This document shows positions 9,440 through 19,181 of a stretch of 64,000 bases of DNA, piece by piece. Position numbers and translations under genes: made by a program. Within the stretch, counting starts at the first letter, position 1; each line of letters opens with the position of its first letter. The stretch is taken from the NCBI GenBank assembly GCA_963845185.1, contig CAWJRG010000005.1, forward strand, positions 96,001 through 160,000, read 5' to 3'. The notes beneath the pieces were generated by a model. That model worked only from the letters and a program-made list of their open reading frames with translations. It did not search any database and was not told the origin of the DNA. This DNA is from an uncultured bacterium (GTDB lineage: Bacteria; Oederibacteriota; PGYV01; CAWJRG01).

Positions 9440-11158
9440 TTATTCCCCTTTTTTCTTGAATATATCGAAAATCGACTTCTTTTTCGAATCAGGCGGCGTG
9501 CCGCCTACTTCTCCATCAGGCGCTTCAGGCCTTGCCTCTGCCTGCTTGTATTCCTGTCCAGCATACGCCTTAGTAGTCCTGTCCTCCCGGACAATCTTTT
9601 TTTCAAACTCCGTACCCATATGCTCTTTCATTTCATCGACTTCAGAAGACGACAGGCCGCTGTCAGGCGTAATCTTTATTACCTGTTCCTTGCCGGTCAT
9701 CTGGTCTTTGGCAGAAACTTTTATTATACCATTTGCGTCTACGTCAAACATAACTTCTATTTTCGGCTCACCTTTACTAGCCTGCGGTATACCGACCAAG
9801 TCAAAAGTCCCTATTAATTTATTGTCTACTGCCATTGGCTTTTCGCCCTGATAAACTTCAATCCTCACAAACGACTGATTATCTTTTGTCGTGGTATATA
9901 TTTCGCTCTTTCTTATCGGAATTGTGGAATTTTTCTCGATTATCTTGGAAAATATGCCCCCCTCGGTTTTTATGCCGAGTGAAAAAGGAGTAACATCAAG
10001 AAGTAAAATGTCCCTGATATCGCCTTTTAATACCGACGCCTGGTGTGCGGCACCTGCTGCTACAGCCTCGTCCGGGTTTGCACCGAGGTACGGCTCTTTT
10101 TTAAATATTCTTTTTACAGTATCCCTTACAAAAGGCATTTTTGTCTGGCCACCTACAAGCACAACTTCATCTATATCCGAAGGCTTGAAACCCGCATCGG
10201 AAAGGGCCCTGTCGCATGGTATCGCTGTGCTCTCTGACAAATCGCGTGTTATTTCCTCAAGTTTTTCTCTTGTAAGTATTGTCTTTAAATGTTTCGGGCC
10301 TTCTTTTGAAACCGCGATAAACGGCAGGGTTATCTCAACTGAGTCAAGGGTTGACAAATTTATTTTCGCTTTTTCTGCTGCGTCTTTCAACCTCTGAAGC
10401 GCGACCCTGTCTGTCCTTAAATCCACATTCTCAGCTTTGTAAAATTCCGACACAAGCCAGTCAATCACTCTCTGGTCGAAATCATCGCCGCCTAGGTGTG
10501 TATCGCCGTTTGTGGATATTACCTGGAATATCCCCTGCCCAAGCTCAAGTACAGAAACATCGAAAGTGCCTCCTCCAAGGTCGTATATGACTATTCTCAT
10601 CCTTGTCTTGCTGTCAAAGCCGCTGGCTAAAGCCGCAGCAGTCGGCTCGTTGATTATCCTCACGACTTCCATGCCCGATATCCTGCCGGCATCTTTTGTC
10701 GCCTGCCGCTGCGAGTCGTTAAAATACGCCGGAACCGTGATTACGGCTTTTTCTATGGCTTCGCCGAGATACATTTCTGAGTCCTTTTTTAGTTTCATAA
10801 GTATCATTGCGGATATTTCAGGCGGGGAATATGTCCTGCCCATGATCTCAATTTTCACGTCGCCGTTTGATGCCGGCGTTAATTTATAAGGTATTAATTT
10901 AATGTCTTTTTCCACAACTTTATCCGTCATTTTCCTGCCCATGAATCTTTTTATAGAAAAAACCGTGTTTTCTGGGTTCATTATCTGCTGCCTTTTTGCT
11001 GCGTTACCCACAAGTATTGTCCCTTCTTTTGTAAAAGCGACAACAGACGGTGTAGTCCTGAACTTTTCGTCGTTTAAGACTATCTGCGTCTTTCCATCCT
11101 CTATGACTCCTACGCAGGAATTTGTCGTTCCTAAGTCAATTCCTATAATTTTCGGCAC
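9440..11158 (-). CDS. dnaK: Hsp70/DnaK paralogue lacking most of the C-terminal helical lid (572 aa)
   Basis: [35 protein letters not shown], linker DILLLDVTP; homology ends after LSSSEVDEM. Confidence 0.9.
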   Translation of the reverse strand: MPKIIGIDLGTTNSCVGVIEDGKTQIVLNDEKFRTTPSVVAFTKEGTILVGNAAKRQQIMNPENTVFSIKRFMGRKMTDKVVEKDIKLIPYKLTPASNGDVKIEIMGRTYSPPEISAMILMKLKKDSEMYLGEAIEKAVITVPAYFNDSQRQATKDAGRISGMEVVRIINEPTAAALASGFDSKTRMRIVIYDLGGGTFDVSVLELGQGIFQVISTNGDTHLGGDDFDQRVIDWLVSEFYKAENVDLRTDRVALQRLKDAAEKAKINLSTLDSVEITLPFIAVSKEGPKHLKTILTREKLEEITRDLSESTAIPCDRALSDAGFKPSDIDEVVLVGGQTKMPFVRDTVKRIFKKEPYLGANPDEAVAAGAAHQASVLKGDIRDILLLDVTPFSLGIKTEGGIFSKIIEKNSTIPIRKSEIYTTTKDNQSFVRIEVYQGEKPMAVDNKLIGTFDLVGIPQASKGEPKIEVMFDVDANGIIKVSAKDQMTGKEQVIKITPDSGLSSSEVDEMKEHMGTEFEKKIVREDRTTKAYAGQEYKQAEARPEAPDGEVGGTPPDSKKKSIFDIFKKKGE

Positions 11159-11170
11159 TTGGATTCTCCC

Positions 11171-11746
11171 TTATTGCCCGTCAATCTTTTTTGCCTTATC
11201 TATTTCCCTAATAAGCTCCTGCAGTTTTGCCGTTGTTCTCTCATAAGCCGGGTTTTCCTGATCTAGTCTTACGGTTTCGTTAAAAGTCCTTACGGCATCT
11301 GCAAGTTTGTTTGTAGCAACATAAATAACGCCCATGTTAAACATTGCCTCAGCCGTTTTAAAAGCATCAAAAGACTGTTGGAATTTTAAAAGTGCTTTGC
11401 CTTTTTCCCTTTCAAATGCTTCCACCCCTTCGTTGAAATATATCATCGCGTCCTCGTATCTTTTTTTATCTCCACCCTGAAAAATTCCAAATTTATATTC
11501 CTTTGTCTTTTCCTTTAACGGATAAAATATTAAAAAATTATAAATCTTCCTTTTTATCGGGTCGGATAGGATTCTGTGCGCTTCCACTGCCTCGGAGGTT
11601 TTCACATGTGCCCACTCCGCTTTGTCCGGATTATGGTCCGGATGGTACTCATAAAGCTTATCTCTGAAAGCGCGCTCGATTTCCTCATCGGTTGCTGCTG
11701 GATTAACATCCAGGAGTTCGTAGTAATTTTGCTTTTTTTCTGGCAT
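11171..11746 (-). CDS. J-domain (DnaJ-like) protein with C-terminal TPR
   Basis: NYYELLDV...YHPDHNP (HPD intact); TPR AEAMFNMGVIY. Confidence 0.85.
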   Translation of the reverse strand: MPEKKQNYYELLDVNPAATDEEIERAFRDKLYEYHPDHNPDKAEWAHVKTSEAVEAHRILSDPIKRKIYNFLIFYPLKEKTKEYKFGIFQGGDKKRYEDAMIYFNEGVEAFEREKGKALLKFQQSFDAFKTAEAMFNMGVIYVATNKLADAVRTFNETVRLDQENPAYERTTAKLQELIREIDKAKKIDGQ

Positions 11747-11757
11747 TATCGTAACCT

Positions 11758-13209
11758 CTAAAACTTCGTTCCTGTAAGTTTAAAAATATCAAGGTTGGTG
11801 CCGTCGCTTAAAACAACCGAGTCTATTCTGTCGTATTTTGCGAGCGTATCAGTTAAGGCCACCACCTCTTTTGTAGTAAAAATATCCGTCGTATATTTCT
11901 TTTTTTCGCCATATTTCGAGGCAAAACCCAAATAATCAATTATAGCATTATACTTTTCAACGGACAATTTATCAATAAAATTTTTGGCGATGTTTCCTGC
12001 TGATATTATAAAGTTTATCTTGAAGTCCTCCACGGTATACCCTAAAGTCAGCTTGCTTTTTACCATGTTCACAAGCTCCTTCCTTATTTCTACTGTAGAT
12101 ATCAGTGCGCGCTTCGCATCGTCTGTATGCTGAAAAGGGTATCCGAATGAAATCAATACAAACCTGTCCGTAACTTTAAAAATTGCTCCCTGGTAATTTA
12201 TTGCAACCGCTGTAACTTTTTCTATAAATTTTTTTAAAATATCTTTTAATTCTTCGCTTATCAGTTCAAAGGTAAAATTCGACAGGGCCAATGTATCGAT
12301 AAAAACAAAAATTGCCCTGTTTTCATCTCCTGTTGAGGCCGGATAATAATCCTTGGCTATTTTGTCGGTCATTTCCTGGTAAGTGAGCATCTCATATGCC
12401 TTTTTCATGCTGTCTATCTCTTTTAACCCTTCCGCGACTGTGTCAAAAGCGTCCTTTATCCTGACTTTTTCCTTGAGTTCCACTATCATTCTGTTGAAAT
12501 CATCTGCAAGCACCCCGACTTCATCGTTGCTTTTTACGTTAACCGACACGTCAAGGTTGCCTTCCGCGACTTTTCTCATACCCGCCGCGATTATATTGAA
12601 CGCCTTTGTGATTATATCAGCCAGCGTCCACGCCCCGCCTAATCCGAAAAGCAGCAACAAAACTGTAAGGCCTATCATTGTAAATATAGTCATATGCAGC
12701 TTCTTTAAATAATCCTTCTTTGAAAACTTAATAATAACTGAAAACTGCTGCTCTCCTTTCATCTCAATCTTCTCAGTTTCTTTTGCGGTATAGTCTATTT
12801 TGTTGTTTACGAGGGTCTTGATAAACTCATCTCTATCCTCGTTTATTTTAATTTCCGGAAAGTCGCTCTTTAAAAGCGCTGTATTTATCGCCTTAGCTTT
12901 TATGGAACCTGTGGGGTCCATTATCGCGATGAGAAGTATGTTTTTATCCAGGTTTGTCATTATATTCATAACCTTGTCGTAAATAGCCCAGTTTACATTC
13001 TTTTCTTGCAATGGATTCACACCAATGCGCACAGCGCTTATTGTATTAACGATTTGGAGTATGCTTTTTTTCATGTCGTTTCTCTGGATTGAAACATTCA
13101 GAGTTAGCGAATAATAAAAGGTTACCCCCATTGTAATAATAATCAAAACAAATATAAGTATTGCTATTTTATATCTTAAGCTGAATTTTACTTTTCGAAG
13201 GGTTGCCAT
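11758..13209 (-). CDS. Membrane sensor: 2 TM + HAMP + degenerate class III nucleotide cyclase-like domain
   Basis: HAMP (VAEGNLDVSVNVKSNDEVGVLADDFNRM); cyclase-like IFVFID...YQGAIFK...ISFGYP..HTDDAKRA. Confidence 0.7.
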   Translation of the reverse strand: MATLRKVKFSLRYKIAILIFVLIIITMGVTFYYSLTLNVSIQRNDMKKSILQIVNTISAVRIGVNPLQEKNVNWAIYDKVMNIMTNLDKNILLIAIMDPTGSIKAKAINTALLKSDFPEIKINEDRDEFIKTLVNNKIDYTAKETEKIEMKGEQQFSVIIKFSKKDYLKKLHMTIFTMIGLTVLLLLFGLGGAWTLADIITKAFNIIAAGMRKVAEGNLDVSVNVKSNDEVGVLADDFNRMIVELKEKVRIKDAFDTVAEGLKEIDSMKKAYEMLTYQEMTDKIAKDYYPASTGDENRAIFVFIDTLALSNFTFELISEELKDILKKFIEKVTAVAINYQGAIFKVTDRFVLISFGYPFQHTDDAKRALISTVEIRKELVNMVKSKLTLGYTVEDFKINFIISAGNIAKNFIDKLSVEKYNAIIDYLGFASKYGEKKKYTTDIFTTKEVVALTDTLAKYDRIDSVVLSDGTNLDIFKLTGTKF

Positions 13210-13228
13210 AAGATAACTTGTTTTCTCC

Positions 13229-14629
13229 TTATTTCGCCACGGATTCCATCGCGTTTACGGATGAAACCGCGTCAGCGTAATATATTACGCCGTTTTCTGC
13301 AATGCAGGACGATTTGATGTCTGCCTCAAAAAGCTGAGACCACTTTTTATCCCCTGTTTTGATGTCTATGGCAAAAATCTCTTTGCCTCCTGCACCGTAC
13401 AGTACATCGTTTACAAGTAAAGGTGCAGTCATTACCTTGCCTGCTATTTCCGCTTTCCAGATCAGCTTGCCGCTTTTCGCGCTCAGAGCATATAGATTTT
13501 TATCATTACTTCCCATGTATAAAACGCCGTCCTTTATCACAGGCGCTGACGACAACCATCCTTTGGTTTCAAAAACCCATTGCAATGCGCCTGTCATCGA
13601 ATCAAGGCAATATATTTTTTTATCATCGGCGCCAAAATAAAGTTTCCCTTCTGCTTCAGCTGCCGTTGAGAATACAGGGCCTTCTGCCTGGTACTTCCAT
13701 GCCGGCTTGCCGCTTTCCACGTCAAGTGCATAAAGTATTCTATCGGCTGAACCAATATAAACAAGGCCGTTTGCTATAGTAGGTGAGCCGGCTACAGGAC
13801 CTCCTGTTTTGAATACCCATGCCTGCTCTCCCGTCCTTCTGTCAAAAGCATAAACATTCGAGTCCATGCACCCTATGTATACTACATTTGAGAAAACAGC
13901 AGGCGAAGAAGCATTAATCGCCGCTGGCAGGTCTTTTTTCCATAAAATCTTTCCTTTTGTGTCAACCGCGAAAAATGTCCCGAGTTCATTGCCGAAATAA
14001 AGTATTTTTCCGTAAAGCGCCGCGGTTGAAGATACTGTACCGCCAACCGAGATTTTCCACACTTGTTGTCCCGTGACTTTGTCGATGGCGTAAAAATTAT
14101 TGTCTTTTGAACCGATGTAAATATTCTTATCATCCATTATAGGTGATGCCGAAAAACCCATGCCTGTTTTGAATTTCCATTTAAAATCAAGCGGCGGCAG
14201 AATGTTCAATCCGTTATAAAAATCGTGTGTAGGAAGGCTCCTAAACATCTCCCATACATACGCGCCTTTTTCTCTTTTTTCGCTTGTAAGCTGCTTTGAA
14301 GCGCTGACCACCGCAACTTTTTGTTGCTCTATCTCCTGTTTTAATTTTGTAATCTCGGTCTTGTTTGCTTTGCCTGTCTTTTTTGTGCTAAGTTCTCCTT
14401 GTAATTCGGCAAGCTTGTCGCGCTGCTCCTTTACCTGTTTCTGCAGACCTTCGAGTTGGTTTAATTCCTCTTCGCCCGAAACATTAAGGTCTATTTTTAT
14501 TTCCTCCTCGGACTTTTCATTACCGCATCCGCCCAAGCAGCCGTTAAACAAAACCATTATGAATATACCTATCGCCCCAAAGCATACTATTCTCTTCATA
14601 AATGTAATGCCCCTTTCGATTTTTTTCAT
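13229..14629 (-). CDS. Lipoprotein with coiled coil and PQQ-type (BamB-like) beta-propeller repeats
   Basis: Lipobox-like FNGC/LGGC; repeated SSP...YIGS.D..YA.D..TG...W units; alternative start 14599 has an RBS. Confidence 0.85.
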   Translation of the reverse strand: MKKIERGITFMKRIVCFGAIGIFIMVLFNGCLGGCGNEKSEEEIKIDLNVSGEEELNQLEGLQKQVKEQRDKLAELQGELSTKKTGKANKTEITKLKQEIEQQKVAVVSASKQLTSEKREKGAYVWEMFRSLPTHDFYNGLNILPPLDFKWKFKTGMGFSASPIMDDKNIYIGSKDNNFYAIDKVTGQQVWKISVGGTVSSTAALYGKILYFGNELGTFFAVDTKGKILWKKDLPAAINASSPAVFSNVVYIGCMDSNVYAFDRRTGEQAWVFKTGGPVAGSPTIANGLVYIGSADRILYALDVESGKPAWKYQAEGPVFSTAAEAEGKLYFGADDKKIYCLDSMTGALQWVFETKGWLSSAPVIKDGVLYMGSNDKNLYALSAKSGKLIWKAEIAGKVMTAPLLVNDVLYGAGGKEIFAIDIKTGDKKWSQLFEADIKSSCIAENGVIYYADAVSSVNAMESVAK

Positions 14630-14671
14630 TTATTTGTAAGTAAAAACACCATTTTCTTAATCTATACTTTT

Positions 14672-14700
14672 ATATTATCAAAAAACAGGGGGTGTGTCAA
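14672..14700 (-). promoter_or_regulatory. sigma70-type promoter heading the PQQ-to-DUF2723 gene run
   Basis: TTGACA-N17-TAATAT. Confidence 0.6.
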
Positions 14701-14864
14701 TTAGTTTAAAGCTTGGAGTTTCCCGGAAATTTTATATTGATTATTCCAGGAATTCATTAGTTTCCTCAGATGTTTCAAGCTAAAAACAAAATCGTTTTTA
14801 ACTCGATAAAATAGGCAAACCCTGCCTTTTACTTAAAAAATCATGTCTATCCCTCGGCTTTCAA

Positions 14865-15230
14865 TTATTCGCCTATTATCTCTGTTATAACCTTTCTGTC
14901 CTGGTTGTTAAGCGTTATAAATTCAATGCCAAAATTATTTTTACTTGCATCGGTATCGAGCCACTTTATCTCGGCAAAAGTCGTAACCGGCTTCTCGTTG
15001 CCTTCCACAAATATTTCAACCCTGATAATGTCTCCTTGTTTTGCCTTCATTTCCCCTTCTATCCGTGCTCCGCCAAGGCTGATATTTTCAGTTCCACCCT
15101 GTTTTTTTGCTACTATTCCCTTTATTTTCTCAAGGTCGTCTTCCTGCCCCAATACCTTGTATTTGACTTTATATTTCTTGTCTACTCTAATGTGCTGCCT
15201 TTTTTCTATATAAAGCCTGCCTTCGTCCAT
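14865..15230 (-). CDS. Stand-alone PilZ-domain (c-di-GMP-binding) protein
   Basis: EKRQHIR (RxxxR) and NISLGG. Confidence 0.85.
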   Translation of the reverse strand: MDEGRLYIEKRQHIRVDKKYKVKYKVLGQEDDLEKIKGIVAKKQGGTENISLGGARIEGEMKAKQGDIIRVEIFVEGNEKPVTTFAEIKWLDTDASKNNFGIEFITLNNQDRKVITEIIGE

Positions 15231-15407
15231 TTCGCACCCCTGTTCCTTTTGAACCTATTTGTTCAAAGTATTTAATTTCTCCTCAATTCCCTTAAAACTT
15301 TTTCTCTATTCTTAACGTCTTTTAATTCATTATCTGCCTTTTCAATTATACTTTCAAGGATATTTTTTATCTATAAATATGCATAGCTCAATGGCCTGTA
15401 AAATATT

Positions 15408-16217
15408 TTACTTAACTCTTTTCAATTTCGGGTTAAAATAATCCCGCAGCCCCTCGCCCAGCAGATTATAGGAAAAAACCGCTATAAAAATAGCCATGCC
15501 TGGGAAAGCTGTCAACCACCATGCGGTCTCAATATAATCTTTTCCTGAAGTCAGGATATTCCCCCAGCTTGGCACAGGCGGCTGCACGCCTAGTCCAAGG
15601 AACGACAACCCTGATTCTATTAGTATCGCGCCCGATATCCCGAAAGTCATGTAAACGAAAACAGGCGCGAGTGCATTAGGTATAATATGCCTGAATATTA
15701 TAGTACTTTCTTTCAAGCCGATTATTTTTGCTGCGTCTACATAGGCCATATTTTTTATGCTTAAAACTTCAGCCCTTATTATCCTGGCTATGTCTGTCCA
15801 TGAAGTCAGACCTATTACTATCATAATATTTATAAGTGACGGCCCTAGGAATACAATTAACATAAGTATTAAAAAAAGCGTAGGTATAGTTAATACAATG
15901 TCCACAATTCTCATTATAATGTTGTCAATGATTCCGCCGTAAAATCCGGATATTGCGCCTATTGTAATCCCTATGATTGCCGCGATAAACACGGCTATTA
16001 TGCCGACGCTGATTGATATCCTTGTACCGTATATCATCCTCGAAAAAACATCCCTGCCAAACTCATCCGTGCCGAAAATATGCTTAAAAGATGGTTGCTG
16101 CAGGCGCTCGCTTATATTTTGCGCCTTATAATCGTAGGTCGTAAAAAGGGGCGCAAATATTGCCAGTGCAATCAAAAGAACTGCGGCTATCATTCCTGTT
16201 AACATCATCTTGTTCAC
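15408..16217 (-). CDS. oppC: Peptide/nickel ABC transporter permease (OppC/DppC family)
   Basis: HIFGTDEFGRDVFSR; LSFLGLGVQPPVPSWG. Confidence 0.9.
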   Translation of the reverse strand: MNKMMLTGMIAAVLLIALAIFAPLFTTYDYKAQNISERLQQPSFKHIFGTDEFGRDVFSRMIYGTRISISVGIIAVFIAAIIGITIGAISGFYGGIIDNIIMRIVDIVLTIPTLFLILMLIVFLGPSLINIMIVIGLTSWTDIARIIRAEVLSIKNMAYVDAAKIIGLKESTIIFRHIIPNALAPVFVYMTFGISGAILIESGLSFLGLGVQPPVPSWGNILTSGKDYIETAWWLTAFPGMAIFIAVFSYNLLGEGLRDYFNPKLKRVK

Positions 16218-16275
16218 ATCGAACTCCGTTTGGCCCTGCAGGCTTTTAATTTATTTATTTTTCTGAACCCCGGCA

Positions 16276-17247
16276 TCATTTATAACGTATCCTCGGGTCT
16301 ACAACCGCGTATGTTATATCAGCGACAAGGTTGCCTAGCAATGTCAAAAATGCCGCAATTGTGGCAACTCCCATAATTACTGGATAATCAAAAGTTATTG
16401 CCGATTCATAAGCCAGCCTTCCCATACCCGGCCATGAAAATATTGTTTCAAATATAAAACTGCCTCCTATCAGTCCCGGCAAAGACAGCCCAAGCAAAGT
16501 TATTACCGGTAGCAGGCTGTTTTTCAATGCGCTCTTATAAATAATTGTTTTTTCAGGCATGCCCTTAGCGTAAGCCGCCCTTATATAATATTGCGACAGC
16601 ACCTCCAGCATGCTTGATTTTACATATCTTGAAATGTAAGCAAGACTGCCAAAAGCCGTAATAAAAACAGGAAGTATCAGATGCCATATTATATCAAGTA
16701 ATTTCTCAGGTACGCTCATGGTGTCAAAATTCATGGAAACAATGCCGGCTATAGGCAGAATTTTAAGTTGTACCCCAAATATGAGCATAAGCAAAAGAGC
16801 TAGCCAAAAAGCAGGCACAGAATACCCTATAAAAGTAAATACTGTAATAGTTTTATCAAAAGTGCCGTTACTTCTTAAGGCCGAAGTTATGCCTATGACT
16901 ATGCCGGGAATAAAAATCAGGACAAGAGCGCATAAATTTAACAGTAAGGTCGCTGGCAGGCGCTCTAAAATTTTATCCATTACAGGCCGGTTATCAATGA
17001 AAGAAACGCCGAAATCAAACCTGACAAACCTGGAAAACCATTCAATATACTGAATTGGTATTGGCTTATCAAGGCCGTAAAGGATTTTAAGGCGTGCTAT
17101 TGAGTCTGGGGAAACTTTTGTATTCATCTGCATATTGGCCACGGTAAATCCGCCGGGCGTCAGGTGAATGATGACGAAAGTAATTATTGTTATGCCGATT
17201 AAAACAGGTACGATAAGAAGCAGTCTTTTTAAAATGTATTTTTTCAT
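16276..17247 (-). CDS. oppB: Peptide/nickel ABC transporter permease (OppB/DppB family)
   Basis: YGLDKPIPIQY; DFGVS; ETIFSWPGMG; DPRIR. Confidence 0.9.
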   Translation of the reverse strand: MKKYILKRLLLIVPVLIGITIITFVIIHLTPGGFTVANMQMNTKVSPDSIARLKILYGLDKPIPIQYIEWFSRFVRFDFGVSFIDNRPVMDKILERLPATLLLNLCALVLIFIPGIVIGITSALRSNGTFDKTITVFTFIGYSVPAFWLALLLMLIFGVQLKILPIAGIVSMNFDTMSVPEKLLDIIWHLILPVFITAFGSLAYISRYVKSSMLEVLSQYYIRAAYAKGMPEKTIIYKSALKNSLLPVITLLGLSLPGLIGGSFIFETIFSWPGMGRLAYESAITFDYPVIMGVATIAAFLTLLGNLVADITYAVVDPRIRYK

Positions 17248-17281
17248 TTATAAGGGTGTTTTTTTAAATCTAAAATTATAA

Positions 17282-18166
17282 TTACCCTTTCAGGCCGCTT
17301 GTAGCAACTCCCTCTATGAAGTATCTCTGCCCAAAGAAAAATACGATAAGTATGGGCAGCAGTACTATTGTGGACGCTGCCATCATGGAACTGTAGTTTG
17401 AGCCGTACATAGTTGTAAATGTCTGAAGCCCGAGTGCAAGGGTATATTTTGAGGAGCTGTTAATGTATATTAAAGGGTTCATAAAATCGTTCCAGTTGTA
17501 AACAAAGCTGAATATCGCTACCGTAGCGAGCGCGGGTTTTACAAGAGGCAGAAGTATTATGTAAAATATCTGGAAAAAATTGCAGCCGTCTATTTTTGCC
17601 GCGTCGTCAAGCTCATAAGGTATGGTCATGAAAAACTGGCGTACAAGGAATATATTAAACGCTCCACCGCCGAAGAACGTTGGCACTAAAAGCGGCTTAA
17701 AACTGTCGAGCCATCCCAGCCATTTAAAAAGGATAAACGTCGGTATCATGGTGACCTGTGCGGGAACCATCATGGTGCTTATCATGACTAGGAATAAAAT
17801 GTCCCTGCCTGGGAACCTAAACCTGGCAAACCCATATGCGACTAGCGTCGAACTCGAAAGCACGCCTATTATGGCAACAACGGTTATAAAAATCGTATTT
17901 AAAGAATAAGTGGTAAATGTTTCGCTGAGCCCTTCCGGGGCCCATGCTTTGGCATAGTTTTCCCAGTGTGGCGGAATAGGCAGGTTAATAAGAAATACAT
18001 CGGTATTTGTCTTTAGCGACGCTACAATCATCCATATGAGCGGGACCAGGAACACAATAGCTCCTATACACGCTATTATGAATAAAAAAGTGCCTGTTAT
18101 CATTTCCTGCCTTTTTTTGCTTGCCCAGAAACTCTGACCTTTTGCCGCTGTTGTTTCCATATACAC
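17282..18166 (-). CDS. Carbohydrate ABC transporter permease (MalG-type)
   Basis: EAA loop ELDDAAKIDG; WNDFMNPLI. Confidence 0.9.
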   Translation of the reverse strand: MYMETTAAKGQSFWASKKRQEMITGTFLFIIACIGAIVFLVPLIWMIVASLKTNTDVFLINLPIPPHWENYAKAWAPEGLSETFTTYSLNTIFITVVAIIGVLSSSTLVAYGFARFRFPGRDILFLVMISTMMVPAQVTMIPTFILFKWLGWLDSFKPLLVPTFFGGGAFNIFLVRQFFMTIPYELDDAAKIDGCNFFQIFYIILLPLVKPALATVAIFSFVYNWNDFMNPLIYINSSSKYTLALGLQTFTTMYGSNYSSMMAASTIVLLPILIVFFFGQRYFIEGVATSGLKG

Positions 18167-18232
18167 ATATCCTCCGCTATTAGCTTTTTATTGTTTTCAA
18201 CTTTAAAATCCTAAATCTAAATTCTAAAAATA

Positions 18233-19156
18233 TTACTTTTTAAGCTCTCCTTCGTAATATACCCATCCTCCAGCCAGTCTGAATTGCCCCAAAGTGAAAG
18301 CAAGAATAATAATAAAAAGAATCAGCGACAGTGCTGCTGCATATCCCATTTTATGAAATTTAAAAGCTACCTGATATAAGTAAAGGACGTAAAATAATGT
18401 TGAATCCGCCGGGCTCCCCTGTCCTCCGGTCATTACGTATGCCTGCGTAAATACCTGGAAAGACCCAACAATGCTCATTATCAGGTTAAAAAATATGACA
18501 GGCGTAAGCATGGGTATTGTAATGAACTTAAACTTGTCCCACATGCCGGCGCCGTCTATTTCAGCCGCTTCATAAAGCTGTCTTGGTATCCCCTGCAATC
18601 CCGCAAGATATATAATCATACTGCCGCCCACTCCCCACAGGCTCATTACTATAAAAGCCGGTTTTGACCAGAATTCGCTTGAAAGCCATTTGGGGCCCTG
18701 TATACCGAAGAAAGCAAGCGCTGAATTTATAAGCCCAAAATCAGGGTTAAAAATCATCATCCATATTATGGATGACGCCACGCCTGCGGTAACCGATGGT
18801 AAATAATAAATCGTCCTTAGTCCCCTCACTGTTTTCCATTTCTGGTTCATCAAAAGCGCAACCATAACCGAGCCAATTATTCCGAGCGGCACGGAAAATA
18901 CCGTGAAATAAATTGTATTCCACAGGCTGTGAAAAAACCTGTGGTCTATTGTAAACATATCCACGAAATTTTTAAGGCCTACGAATTTTGCCGGCGAGAT
19001 TAAATCCCAGTCAAAAAACGCAAGCACAAAAGACGCTATTATCGGCCCGCCCACGAAAAAAATCATACCCAATATCCACGGGGTAATGAACGTATAGCCC
19101 CATAGGGCCTCGTGGGTAGATATCTTCATCCTTGCTTTACGCACTTTGTCTGCCAT
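18233..19156 (-). CDS. Carbohydrate ABC transporter permease (MalF-type)
   Basis: LAGLQGIPRQLYEAAEIDGAG. Confidence 0.9.
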   Translation of the reverse strand: MADKVRKARMKISTHEALWGYTFITPWILGMIFFVGGPIIASFVLAFFDWDLISPAKFVGLKNFVDMFTIDHRFFHSLWNTIYFTVFSVPLGIIGSVMVALLMNQKWKTVRGLRTIYYLPSVTAGVASSIIWMMIFNPDFGLINSALAFFGIQGPKWLSSEFWSKPAFIVMSLWGVGGSMIIYLAGLQGIPRQLYEAAEIDGAGMWDKFKFITIPMLTPVIFFNLIMSIVGSFQVFTQAYVMTGGQGSPADSTLFYVLYLYQVAFKFHKMGYAAALSLILFIIILAFTLGQFRLAGGWVYYEGELKK

Positions 19157-19181
19157 TTTTTCCTCCGCAGTCTTATCTTAT

